Shown: one piece after another, positions 9,451 through 19,174 of the stretch
How positions within the stretch are numbered: the stretch's first letter is position 1
How the letters are laid out: the number at the start of each line of letters is the position of its first letter
Assembly: GCA_008369845.1 (NCBI GenBank)
Contig: MRSU01010065.1
Span: 1-34,461, forward strand
Reading direction: 5' to 3'
Length of the DNA: 34,461 nt
Source: Trichomonas gallinae
Taxonomy: Eukaryota
Notes under the pieces: model-generated
What the model was told of the DNA's origin: nothing
Seen by the model: the letters and a program-made list of their open reading frames with translations, nothing else
Database searches by the model: none
Program-made: the position numbers and the translations under genes

Positions 9451-11712
9451 TTATTGGGTCAGCATTTCTTCGTCCTCCGCGGTGTAATAATCTTTCTTGC
9501 ACAGCCGGTTCCAAAAGACAAAAAAAATGAAAACAACTGCAATTACGATTATCAAACAGATAACTATGGAAATAGTAGTAGCATTTGCATACAATGCCGA
9601 TTTTCTTCCTTGGTAGAACTCAGGCGCAAACTCAGTTTGAGCCTTTACGTAGTATGTTCTTGCTGGAATCAAATTTTCTGTTTCCCTAGATTTGATTTCG
9701 AATGAATATCTAGGCTTATAATATGGAACTTCCGCACTCATTGTTGGTGTTGGTGCTGGAGTTGGAAAAGGTGGATATGGCTCCCCATCTTCCGGTCCCC
9801 AGCATTTGCCGACATATTTGGGTCTGTACTTGTCCAAGAAAGAAATGTCTTCATAGAGAGAATAAAAAGTAATATCGACATCAGGATCGAAAGATTTTTC
9901 GAACGAGTAAAAAGGTTTGATTATATTTTTGCCGCAGTAGAATATATTCAAAACTGGAATACCTTTGAAAGCATCATCATAAATTGTTCCCATCTTTGAT
10001 GGTAAGTAAACGTTGCGCAAATTCGTGCAATTTAAGAAAGCACCGGAAGAAACATAGTTGATATCAGCAAATCTTCCATCCCATGTCACTAAGCTTGTGC
10101 AGTTTTCAAAGAGATGATAATCAAATGTGGATACTGTTCCAAAATTAACATACTCAATTAAACGGCAATTAGCAAAAGTCAAAGGGCCGAATTCGAAAGT
10201 ACTGAAATTCGTAAGATTGATTTGCGGTGTAACACTATAAGGGTCAGGGACTAATGGACCGAAATATCTAAGACTCGAGCAGTTATAGAAGCATCTTTCC
10301 TTTAATGCGTTGCAAGATTCAAACATCATAACTTCGAGCGAGCGGCAGTTTTCGCAAGCATTATATCCAAAGCCAACTAGATGCTTCACGATAAGTTTTT
10401 TCAGGCTATAGCAGTGATTCAAGCTATATGCCATGAAGGAAACACTTGTATCTGGTAACTTTATTTCTTCTAAAAGGTAACATCTTTTAAATGTATCTTC
10501 ACTGATCCTTATCGTAGTAATATGAGATAAATCAGCAAATTTGATTCTCGTTCCTTCAAAATTCTTGCCTTTAATTTCCTGTATTTGTGGTGGCCAGTCG
10601 AATGTCGTCAAGTTTGAATTAGAAAAAGTTCCTATTTCAAGTGTAACAACTCCTGATGGGAATTTAACTGTGTTTCCTCCATATAGTTGAAAAGCAAATT
10701 CTTCGACTCTAGTAAGATTTGTTTGACTAAAATCTAGATCGGGAAGAGACTTGCAAAGTGCAAAGCATCTTGATCCAATGGATTCTAAACTTAACGGAAT
10801 ATTTATTGTTTCGAGTTTCGTGCAATTATAAAATGCATTATTTGATATTCTTGTTAGATTTTCTGGTAATGTAACTTGTTTCATGTTAATGCAGTCTGCG
10901 AATAATCCATCTGGCATGCCATTATGAAATATAAGACCTTCTGGATAAGATAATGGATTCTCAGTTAAAATTCCAGCAAAGCAATATGTATCATATGTAA
11001 AATTTACGCTATAATTTAATGGAAAATTCGATATCATTGTATTCCAGAATGGAAGCTTTCCTATACCAGTGTAGCTTGGGAAAATGACGTTTGTAAGGGA
11101 AATACACCTATAAAAAATTTGATTTGGAATGATTGTCATAAAACAATGTGAGAGGTCCATTGTTGTTAAACTTCTGCAATCTGCAAACGCACCTACTGAT
11201 TTTTCAAAAGATAAATTAAAGTCAATAACAAAGGTTGTGATTTTATAATTATCAGAAAAAGCGTAGTTCTTCATTGTTGTTGCTTTCTTTGGTGGAAAGA
11301 ATTCTGTCATATTGTAGATCTCTGAAAAAGCTCCTTGATTGATTCGCGTGATATTCAATTGAGATGCATCGAGAGAAATTGTGTAATTGCTTCTAAACGA
11401 TCTATTTTCTATATTGTTGATAGTATCTGGTACGATAATCTTGGGAATTTGACAATTCCAAAATGTATTTGGTGCGATACGTGTAACTGTCACTGTTTTG
11501 TCATTGTACTGTAGTTGGCTTGGTACTGTAAATGATTCTATTTGCTCTAAAGTAGCATTCGAAGAGACATCTGTTATTTCAGCTTCTAATTCGTTCATCG
11601 CTCGAACTGTTATATTAGAAAGAGGTGCTCCGATCTCCTCTAGAGTCATTGTGATTGGATTTGTAGAGAAGTCAGCATTGACTCTGAGCTTGATAAGAAA
11701 TAATATAATCAT
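9451..11712 (-). CDS. BspA-like (TpLRR) type I membrane surface protein
   Basis: 753 aa: hydrophobic N-terminus, many LRRs (VTLPENLTRISNNAFYNCTKLETINIP), Pro/Thr stalk PYPPFPTPAPTPT, TM helix (ISIVICLIIVIAVVFIFFVFW) and a short acidic tail (EDEEML). TCATA initiator just upstream on the minus strand. Confidence 0.93.
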   Translation of the reverse strand: MIILFLIKLRVNADFSTNPITMTLEEIGAPLSNITVRAMNELEAEITDVSSNATLEQIESFTVPSQLQYNDKTVTVTRIAPNTFWNCQIPKIIVPDTINNIENRSFRSNYTISLDASQLNITRINQGAFSEIYNMTEFFPPKKATTMKNYAFSDNYKITTFVIDFNLSFEKSVGAFADCRSLTTMDLSHCFMTIIPNQIFYRCISLTNVIFPSYTGIGKLPFWNTMISNFPLNYSVNFTYDTYCFAGILTENPLSYPEGLIFHNGMPDGLFADCINMKQVTLPENLTRISNNAFYNCTKLETINIPLSLESIGSRCFALCKSLPDLDFSQTNLTRVEEFAFQLYGGNTVKFPSGVVTLEIGTFSNSNLTTFDWPPQIQEIKGKNFEGTRIKFADLSHITTIRISEDTFKRCYLLEEIKLPDTSVSFMAYSLNHCYSLKKLIVKHLVGFGYNACENCRSLEVMMFESCNALKERCFYNCSSLRYFGPLVPDPYSVTPQINLTNFSTFEFGPLTFANCRLIEYVNFGTVSTFDYHLFENCTSLVTWDGRFADINYVSSGAFLNCTNLRNVYLPSKMGTIYDDAFKGIPVLNIFYCGKNIIKPFYSFEKSFDPDVDITFYSLYEDISFLDKYRPKYVGKCWGPEDGEPYPPFPTPAPTPTMSAEVPYYKPRYSFEIKSRETENLIPARTYYVKAQTEFAPEFYQGRKSALYANATTISIVICLIIVIAVVFIFFVFWNRLCKKDYYTAEDEEMLTQ

Positions 11713-12351
11713 TCACTAAAAATTATGACAAAAAAATTGCTATAAACTCAAAATTTAGATCCATCGCTGCAGCTATATTATTATTTCACTAAACCTTATT
11801 CAAAATTTTAAAATTTCCAAAATTTATTGGAAAAACTGGTATTTTCATTCTATTTTCAATATTAAAAATAGTTTGTACAATTGAAAATCTATAGTATTAT
11901 TTAATAATAGATACACCATATAGTTTGAAATTTTCAACTGATTTTTGTTGGAAAATTAATGAATTTAAAAAGATCCATAGTTGCGTTACATTTATTGTCA
12001 ACCAATATTAATATAAAAGTAATTCATGAAGATTTATTATAGATTCGTTTACTAGAACACATATTTCAAGTCAAAGCTTAATTGACATAATCTTTTAATG
12101 AAGTTCAGAGCTTTATGAATTAGAAAAAGCCTTCCAATTTCTATTAGAAAAGTTTTTTTTTTTTTCGTTGAGTTTCGTTTTTTTTTTTTTTTTCAATAAT
12201 AATGCACTCGTAATAACATGTATATCTTATATATTAATTATGCTTTTACAGAGGGTAAATATCATTGAAATTTATTAAACGGTTAAATCCAACGGCAATA
12301 GGATTGTGAAAATATTTCATGATAAAATAATTTAAATAGAGAGTTTAGTAA

Positions 12352-12353
<2 letters not shown>

Positions 12354-12383
<30 letters not shown>
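12354..12383. repeat. (AT)15 microsatellite
   Basis: Perfect AT dinucleotide run read directly from the sequence. Confidence 0.95.
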
Positions 12384-12386
<3 letters not shown>

Positions 12387-12466
12387 ACTCAAGTGGTAAA
12401 GGAAAAAAAAATAAAAGAACGGTTATTTTGTTGAATATATTTACTATCATGTGATTCATGTAATGA

Positions 12467-13429
12467 TTGGAATTTGAAAATGTTAACGGGATATTATACA
12501 GAATATACGAAGATGATGATTATGCAATTGTTGGAAATGGATCATCGATATCTAGAAATGGATTATCTGACCCAAAAATATGTCCATCAAACATTGACAT
12601 CCAGCCAACAATCACGCATAATGGGAGAGAATATCAAGTTAAAAAGATTTCCAGTCATGCATTTCGAGGCTGCAGTCTCACCAAAAGTATTTCCATACCA
12701 GAAGGAATTGAGTATATTGGTGGAGGAGCATTTTATTTTTGCTATTGCAAAATGCAAAAGCTAGTATTGCCAAACTCATTGGAATCAATAGAAACTCTTG
12801 TTTTTGCAGAAAATTACATTGAAGAATTTCACATAGGCGAGAATTTGAAAAAGTTTGGTGCAGCATCATTTGCTAGAAATTATTTTACAAAAGTTATTGT
12901 TGATCCTAAAAATATATATCTATGTCATGATGAGCAATACTCCCTTTATAACAAAAATATGACTTCATTATGCGCTGTATCCGGCTACTGTGATGATTTT
13001 ATCGTTCCTTCATCAGTTGTTCAAATATTTGTGCAAGCTTTTGATGGAATAAATATAAAAAGCATCACGATTCCAAGTTCTGTCAAATTAATCGAATCAC
13101 AGAACATCATCAGTACTTTGCCTAAATTAATTAGTATTTATTTATATTGCAATATTTATAATCATTCATCTTTAATTAGTTATTGTTGGAAGCTTAAAAA
13201 TGTGTTCTATTATGGATATTATAATGCAACAAATAATTTTTTGAAAAACGTTCCTGATGATTTAACAGTATGGGTTCTTGATCACCATTTCCCAATTATA
13301 TCTGACAGAAGAACAAAACTAATGAAAATTAAATTCCCCAATGAGATTTTATTATCGTGTGACCTGCCTGTCGTATTTTTGTTTAGTCATTTCTCAATTC
13401 TTCAATTCACGGTTTATATTACAATGTAA
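12467..13429 (+). CDS. BspA-like LRR protein, array copy 1 (no in-frame AUG at 5' end; start unresolved)
   Basis: 320 open codons with LRRs (ISSHAFRGCSLTKSISIPEGIEYIGGGAF) and a hydrophobic C-terminus. The frame begins TTG after in-frame TAA TGA; nearest ATG (12463) is out of frame. Confidence 0.8.
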   Translation: MEFENVNGILYRIYEDDDYAIVGNGSSISRNGLSDPKICPSNIDIQPTITHNGREYQVKKISSHAFRGCSLTKSISIPEGIEYIGGGAFYFCYCKMQKLVLPNSLESIETLVFAENYIEEFHIGENLKKFGAASFARNYFTKVIVDPKNIYLCHDEQYSLYNKNMTSLCAVSGYCDDFIVPSSVVQIFVQAFDGINIKSITIPSSVKLIESQNIISTLPKLISIYLYCNIYNHSSLISYCWKLKNVFYYGYYNATNNFLKNVPDDLTVWVLDHHFPIISDRRTKLMKIKFPNEILLSCDLPVVFLFSHFSILQFTVYITM

Positions 13430-13899
13430 AAACATCTTCTTAATCATAATTAGATTAAAAAATAAAGGCTCATAGAATATAACTGATCAAAAACTATTAT
13501 AAATTTCCCCATGATCTCACAAAGCAATTGTAACAATACAAACTACAATTATTTTAATTTAGATATTAAAAATATCATAGTAATATACAAAATTTTGTGG
13601 GCTCAGCTCAAAAATACTGAGTATATTGTCATTCCTATGCCTTAAAAAGAAAATTCACGGTCAACAAAAGCAAACAGACTTTTTTTCTCTCAATATTACT
13701 GAATGAAATAAAAAAAAAGATAATATTCCTAATTCGAATCATAAAAGTTTTGCAATAAGCTTATCAGTTATGTTTCACACAATTGGGGATAATGTTTTTG
13801 TTTCCATCAACAATATTGGAAAAACGATTTGATAAAAAAAAAATTTTTTTTTTGCATGTTTCAACGGCTTGACACCGGTTGGCTGACACTTTTCAATAA

Positions 13900-14991
13900 A
13901 TGGCAAGCAAAACAGTTAACAAAGTAATGACAGCAAAAGAAGTGATTTCGAAGATCAAAATTGGTATAAATACTGGGAATTGCTTTGATGCATTTAAGAA
14001 AGACGATAATAAACTCTATCTTCCGCAAGATTCAGTGAAGATCTGGGGAAGTCCAGAACCATCTGAAAAATGGATAAATCCTATCAAAGATCGAGGATTC
14101 AATGCTATTAGAGTCCCTATTACTTGGTGTACGCATTTAATTTATGATGAAAAAACAGATTTTTATTTAATTGATCCACTATGGCTCGAATACGTGAAGA
14201 AATTTATCCACATGATATACAAGCATGATCTTTATATAATAATTAACTGTCATCATGAAAATTTTCTAGCAATCAAAGAATTTAATGAAACTGCTTTTCT
14301 GGACTCATCGAAAAAATTAAGATGTATTTGGTTTCAAGTATCGCATGCATTTAGAGAATACGATCAAAAGTTGATTTTTGAAGCAATGAATGAGCCTCGC
14401 CAAACAGCGAATCCTTCTGTCAAACCGTTTGGTCCTGGAAATGAAGAATCATGGAAATTTATTAATGGACTGAATGCAGCATTTTATGATGCCGTCAGAG
14501 AAATAAGTAAAACTAGAATTCTCTTGTTTTCGACTTATTCTGGCAGCGCAGAATTTGATGCAATGAAAAATGTCAATTTTCCAAAAGGTGACGAATTTTT
14601 AGCACTTTCTGTTCATTCTTACGCACCTTATTTCTTTACATCTGATAATGGTGAAAGAAGTAATCATTCATTCCCCGGCAAAAGTGGATGGGGTCAAGAC
14701 TATTGTCAAGAGATCAACAACGTTTTCGAAAAGATTGTTTTGATAACTAGACTAAAAAATATCGAAGTTGTAATTAGTGAGTTTGGATCTATAGACTTTG
14801 GAAACGAAGAAGATAGGATTCGATGGGTAGAATATTTCATTGGAAAATCAAGAGATTATAGAATTCCATGTTTTTGGTGGGATAATGTCAATAAGTCTTC
14901 ATATGCAATTTTTGACAGAAAAGAAAACAAATTTTTTGATGAGCATAAGAAAATCGTTGATAAAATGATTGAAACAATAAGCATAAGCTAG
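13900..14991 (+). CDS. Glycoside hydrolase family 5 endoglucanase (cellulase; GH5_4-like)
   Basis: GINTGNCFDA, GFNAIRVPITW, IINCHHE, LIFEAMNEP (acid/base Glu165), VHSYAP, VVISEFG (nucleophile Glu294), CFWWDN. No signal peptide. M3 element AACGGCTT at 13863-13870. Confidence 0.93.
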   Translation: MASKTVNKVMTAKEVISKIKIGINTGNCFDAFKKDDNKLYLPQDSVKIWGSPEPSEKWINPIKDRGFNAIRVPITWCTHLIYDEKTDFYLIDPLWLEYVKKFIHMIYKHDLYIIINCHHENFLAIKEFNETAFLDSSKKLRCIWFQVSHAFREYDQKLIFEAMNEPRQTANPSVKPFGPGNEESWKFINGLNAAFYDAVREISKTRILLFSTYSGSAEFDAMKNVNFPKGDEFLALSVHSYAPYFFTSDNGERSNHSFPGKSGWGQDYCQEINNVFEKIVLITRLKNIEVVISEFGSIDFGNEEDRIRWVEYFIGKSRDYRIPCFWWDNVNKSSYAIFDRKENKFFDEHKKIVDKMIETISIS

Positions 14992-15079
14992 TAATTGTTG
15001 AAGAGAAGCTACTGTAGTAAAATCCCAAAATTTTCAATAAGGTTATTATTTGTAAAGAAGCGGCTTTACAACTTATGAA

Positions 15080-15868
15080 AAAGAAATATCTGATACTGCA
15101 TTTGAGTCTTGTTCTCAAGCAGAAAGCATAACAATTCCAGAAGGAATTGTGTTCATTGGGAATAGGTCATTTTATGTATGTTATATGCATATTAAACAGC
15201 TTATATTACCACGATCTATGCAAACATTAGGAAATACCGCGTTTGCCGAAAATTTTATTGATGAAATTTATATTGGCCCGAATTTAAAAGAATATGGCGT
15301 TCATGCATTTGCTCGATGCAATATAAACAAAATTGTTGTTGATCCAGACAATCAAAACTTTTGCAATGATGAACAATATTCATTATATACAAAGAACATG
15401 ACAGTTTTGTGTGCAGCATCAGGATATTGCTCTGATTTCATCATCCCATCAACAGTCACATCGATGCTAAGTCAATCTGTTGATGGAATTTCCATACGCA
15501 GCCTCGTAATTCCAAATACATTAGTTTTTGATACAAATTCGTATAAAATATTAGTATTAAATAACCTTATTAGCATCTATTTATATTGTGATGTGATTAA
15601 CAGTCCAAATTTAATCACATATTGTCCTAAACTGAAGAATGTTTTCTATTGTGGCAGATATAACACATCTAGTAAATTCATGTCACAAATCCCAAGTAAT
15701 GTTAATGTTTATGTTACTAATCCAGATTTCAAAATTATTTCTGGAATCAAGACTAAATACATTCAAATCAAATTCCCTAATGAATGTTTGCTTTCTTGTG
15801 AACTTCCGCGGTTTTCGCTATTTTATCATTTCTCATATGCTCAATTGTTTGTTTTTATTATCATGTAA
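15080..15868 (+). CDS. BspA-like LRR protein, array copy 2; 5'-deleted (N-truncated gene or pseudogene)
   Basis: Frame is open and homologous upstream of the ORF-track GTG (KEISDTAFESCSQAESITIPEGIV). It lacks 217 nt present in copy 3. First in-frame ATG is at 15185. Confidence 0.7.
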   Translation, partial: KEISDTAFESCSQAESITIPEGIVFIGNRSFYVCYMHIKQLILPRSMQTLGNTAFAENFIDEIYIGPNLKEYGVHAFARCNINKIVVDPDNQNFCNDEQYSLYTKNMTVLCAASGYCSDFIIPSTVTSMLSQSVDGISIRSLVIPNTLVFDTNSYKILVLNNLISIYLYCDVINSPNLITYCPKLKNVFYCGRYNTSSKFMSQIPSNVNVYVTNPDFKIISGIKTKYIQIKFPNECLLSCELPRFSLFYHFSYAQLFVFIIM

Positions 15869-15964
15869 ATAATTTCTATAAATAATAATCTCTTCTGCAT
15901 CATTCTGATAATAAGGTTATTATTGTAAATATCGGCTTTACAATTTACTTGTGATGAAGTATAG

Positions 15965-16957
15965 AAACTAACTTTTCAAACAAATATAGAGTATATAGAT
16001 GGTACAAACCATATTAAATATACATTATTCTCTAATGAAGAAGGGCGCTATGCTATTGTTGGCGACGCCTCTCGAAGCGAAAAGAACGGCTTAAGTGATC
16101 CAACCCATTGTCCACCTCATATCAACATTCTGCCTGTCATTAACCACGATGGAAGTGAATATCCTGTAAAAGAAATATCTGATAATGCATTTGAGTCTTG
16201 TTCTCAAGTAGAAAGCATAACAATTCCAGAAGGAATTGTGTTCATTGGGAATAGGTCATTTTATGTATGCTATATGCATATTAAACAGCTTATATTACCA
16301 CGATCTTTGCAAACATTAGGACATACCGCGTTTGCCGAAAATTTTATTGATGAAATTTATATTGGCCCGAATTTAAAAGAATATAATAACTATGCATTTG
16401 CGAGAACTTATGTCAAGAAAATCGTTGTTGATCCAGATAATCAATATTATTGCAACGATGAACAATATTCATTATATTCAAAGAACATGACAGTTTTGTG
16501 TGCAGCATCAGGATATTGCTCTGATTTCATCATACCATCAACAGTCACATCGATGCTGCCTCAATCTGTAGATGGTATTTTGATTCGCAGCCTTGTTGTA
16601 CCAAATTCGCTTATCTTTACTAAAAACGAATATATCATTGCTGTATTACCCAATCTTATTAATTTATATTTGTACTGTGATGTGATATATAATCCAAAAT
16701 TTCTGTCCGGGTGCAAGAACCTGAAAAATATTTTCTATTGCGGAAGATACAATGCATCAAATAATTTCATGATTGATATTCCGAATAATGTCAATGTTTA
16801 TGTCACTGATCCAAAGTTCAAAATAATTTCAGGCATTAAGACTAAATATATTAGTATCAAATTCCCTAATGAATGTTTGCTTTCTTGCGAACTTCCTTAC
16901 TCATCTTTATTTTATCATCTTTCTTTTGCTTATCTATATGTTATCATAATTTTATAA
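15965..16957 (+). CDS. BspA-like LRR protein, array copy 3 (open frame extends 273 nt 5' of ORF-track start; no in-frame AUG there)
   Basis: Open from 15965 (after TAG): KLTFQTNIEYIDGTNHIKYTLFSNEEGRYAIVGDASRSEKNGLSDPTHCPP..., homologous to the copy 1 and copy 4 N-termini; 330 codons. Confidence 0.8.
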   Translation, partial: KLTFQTNIEYIDGTNHIKYTLFSNEEGRYAIVGDASRSEKNGLSDPTHCPPHINILPVINHDGSEYPVKEISDNAFESCSQVESITIPEGIVFIGNRSFYVCYMHIKQLILPRSLQTLGHTAFAENFIDEIYIGPNLKEYNNYAFARTYVKKIVVDPDNQYYCNDEQYSLYSKNMTVLCAASGYCSDFIIPSTVTSMLPQSVDGILIRSLVVPNSLIFTKNEYIIAVLPNLINLYLYCDVIYNPKFLSGCKNLKNIFYCGRYNASNNFMIDIPNNVNVYVTDPKFKIISGIKTKYISIKFPNECLLSCELPYSSLFYHLSFAYLYVIIIL

Positions 16958-18125
16958 TTGTCATTCTTTTGCTACCATTAATGTAAAAGAGAGTTTTTAT
17001 TATTTGAATCATCATCGAACATATAAATACCATTAAGTATATGTTCGACCTGATGGTTGGTATTTCATCATTTTTTACTCATTTTTTTCGGAAAATTAAA
17101 TTTGGTTGTCGATAATTCGTTTTTATTTCGATTTTATTTGTAATTTGAATTTATCTTGTGTTGATTATAGCAATATGTTGTGGAAATTTGGGATTGTCGA
17201 TCAATGAAGAAAGAAATTTGGAAAATAATCGATATGTTTCGGAAATGATTTCTCGTTAAGCAGTTCATATTTTGCAGAACTATTAGAGGAACAACGATTT
17301 TAGTCCAACGTAATTTTAATTCTCAAAAACCCTGCTTCATCAAAAAAACAAAAAAATTTTGAGTTATAATTTATATAATTTAGAATCATAACAAAAATCT
17401 GGGCAATTGTTTTGAAGTTTTTGAGTTTCTCAAATTCGTTATGCAATTCCATGTGAGGTCCTCTGATTTTTGTTGAAATTGAACTTAAACAATCATGTTT
17501 CCCGAGCGGTTTAATTCATTTTTATTTTTGCAGTTTTGAAATCCAAAAAAAAGTCTGGAATATCATAAAAAATGAATAATAATCATTTTTTCACATTTTT
17601 ATATTCCAATAATGTGTTTACGTTTAGAATACTACAAATTAAGAAAAATGTAATTCATTTTTTGTCTATTATCCTAGCAGAATACACACAATATGTCTTT
17701 TAAACATTACTGACACTGGAGATTGACTTATGTTCATAATTACAACTTTTGTAAAATATGGATATTAAAACACGCTTTTTAATAAATCTTTAGTATTTCC
17801 ATAATATAAGCGCTTTGTTACATGTTCGATCAAACATTATTACTTATATACGATAGTATCTGTAATATAGAGCATATATTGTGCAATATTATGGATATAC
17901 TGCATAATCCAAAAATGTATAATTTTTTCTTCCTATGAAAATACATTCTTATTTGCAAAATGCAGTTAATACACATGTTTATCATTACCATGCATCAATA
18001 TTTATAATATTTTTTTTGTCGTTTTTACTTTACATTTAATATTTTACATGTCATTTTGTCATATTTAGATACCTTTCATCTTTGTTAAGTAACTGTTTGA
18101 CAATATACTTTGAATATATGTGTAA

Positions 18126-19118
18126 AAACTAATTATACTAACAAGTATAGAGTATAAAGATGGTGTTAACCATATTAAATATACATTATTCTCGAATGAA
18201 GAAGGCAACTATGCCATTGTTGGTGAAACCTCTAATAAAGATCGAAACGGATTAAGTGATCCAACTTATTGTCCACCTAATATCAATATCCTACCTGTCA
18301 TTAATCATGATGGGAATGAATATCCTGTGAAATCAATATCTAACTATGCATTTTGTGGCTGTTCTGAGGCAAAAAGCATCACAATTCCAAATGAAATTGA
18401 AAAGATTGGATATAAGGCTTTTTACCTATGCTATATATCATTAAAACAATTATATTTACCGCATTATTTGAAATCAATAGGAAATTTTGCATTTGCAGAA
18501 AATTTTATTGATGAAATTTATATTGGTCCAAACTTGGAAGAGTTTAAATCTATTGCTTTCGCTCGAAGTAATATAAAGAAAATTGTAGTTGACTCTGCCA
18601 ATAAGTACTTTTGTCACGATGAACAATATTCATTGTACACCAAGAACATGACAGTTTTATGCGCTGCATCAGGATATTGCTCGGATTTCATCATCCCATC
18701 AACAGTCACATCGATACTAGGTCAAGCCATTGATGGCATATCAATTCGAAGTCTTGTCATACCTAATTCGTTGATTTTTAACAAAAAAGAACTCATAATT
18801 ATGAAATTAGATAACCTTATTAATGTATATTTATATTGTGACATTATTAATAATTCTGACTTTATTTCATATTGCAGTAAACTGAAGAATATTTTCTACT
18901 GCGGCAAATACAACGCTTCGAGCAGCTTCATGTCAAAAATTCCAAATAATGTTAATGTATATGTCAATAATCCAAGTTTCAAGATTATCTCGGGAATCAA
19001 GACAAAATATATTCAAGTCAAATTCCCAAATGAATATTTTCTTTCATGCGAACTTCCATATTTATCTTTGTTTTATCATCTTTCTTATTTTCAATTGTTA
19101 GTTTTCGTTGTAATATAA
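18126..19118 (+). CDS. BspA-like LRR protein, array copy 4 (open frame extends 201 nt 5' of ORF-track start; no in-frame AUG there)
   Basis: Open from 18126 (after TAA): KLIILTSIEYKDGVNHIKYTLFSNEEGNYAIVGETSNKDRNGLSDPTYCPP...; 330 codons, collinear with copy 3. Confidence 0.8.
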   Translation, partial: KLIILTSIEYKDGVNHIKYTLFSNEEGNYAIVGETSNKDRNGLSDPTYCPPNINILPVINHDGNEYPVKSISNYAFCGCSEAKSITIPNEIEKIGYKAFYLCYISLKQLYLPHYLKSIGNFAFAENFIDEIYIGPNLEEFKSIAFARSNIKKIVVDSANKYFCHDEQYSLYTKNMTVLCAASGYCSDFIIPSTVTSILGQAIDGISIRSLVIPNSLIFNKKELIIMKLDNLINVYLYCDIINNSDFISYCSKLKNIFYCGKYNASSSFMSKIPNNVNVYVNNPSFKIISGIKTKYIQVKFPNEYFLSCELPYLSLFYHLSYFQLLVFVVI

Positions 19119-19174
19119 TACTAGGCAAAATTATAATAATAATGTTGTATATTGAAATTTGTCAAATTCATAGC

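Noticed and set aside
15896..15964. Alternative genetic code (TAA/TAG = Gln) to read through BspA 5' stops
   Set aside because: Conserved genes in the window end normally at TAA or TAG (other ORFs at TGA) and have no internal stops; read-through also reaches no suitable ATG.
15959..18152. Short cis-introns rescuing the starts of copies 3 and 4 (GT...TATAG, both regions contain ACTAAC)
   Set aside because: Every nearby GT-AG pair I tested gave the wrong frame, an immediate stop, or destroyed the ATG. The IEY codons are also conserved as ATC GAG TAC in copy 5, so that segment looks coding.
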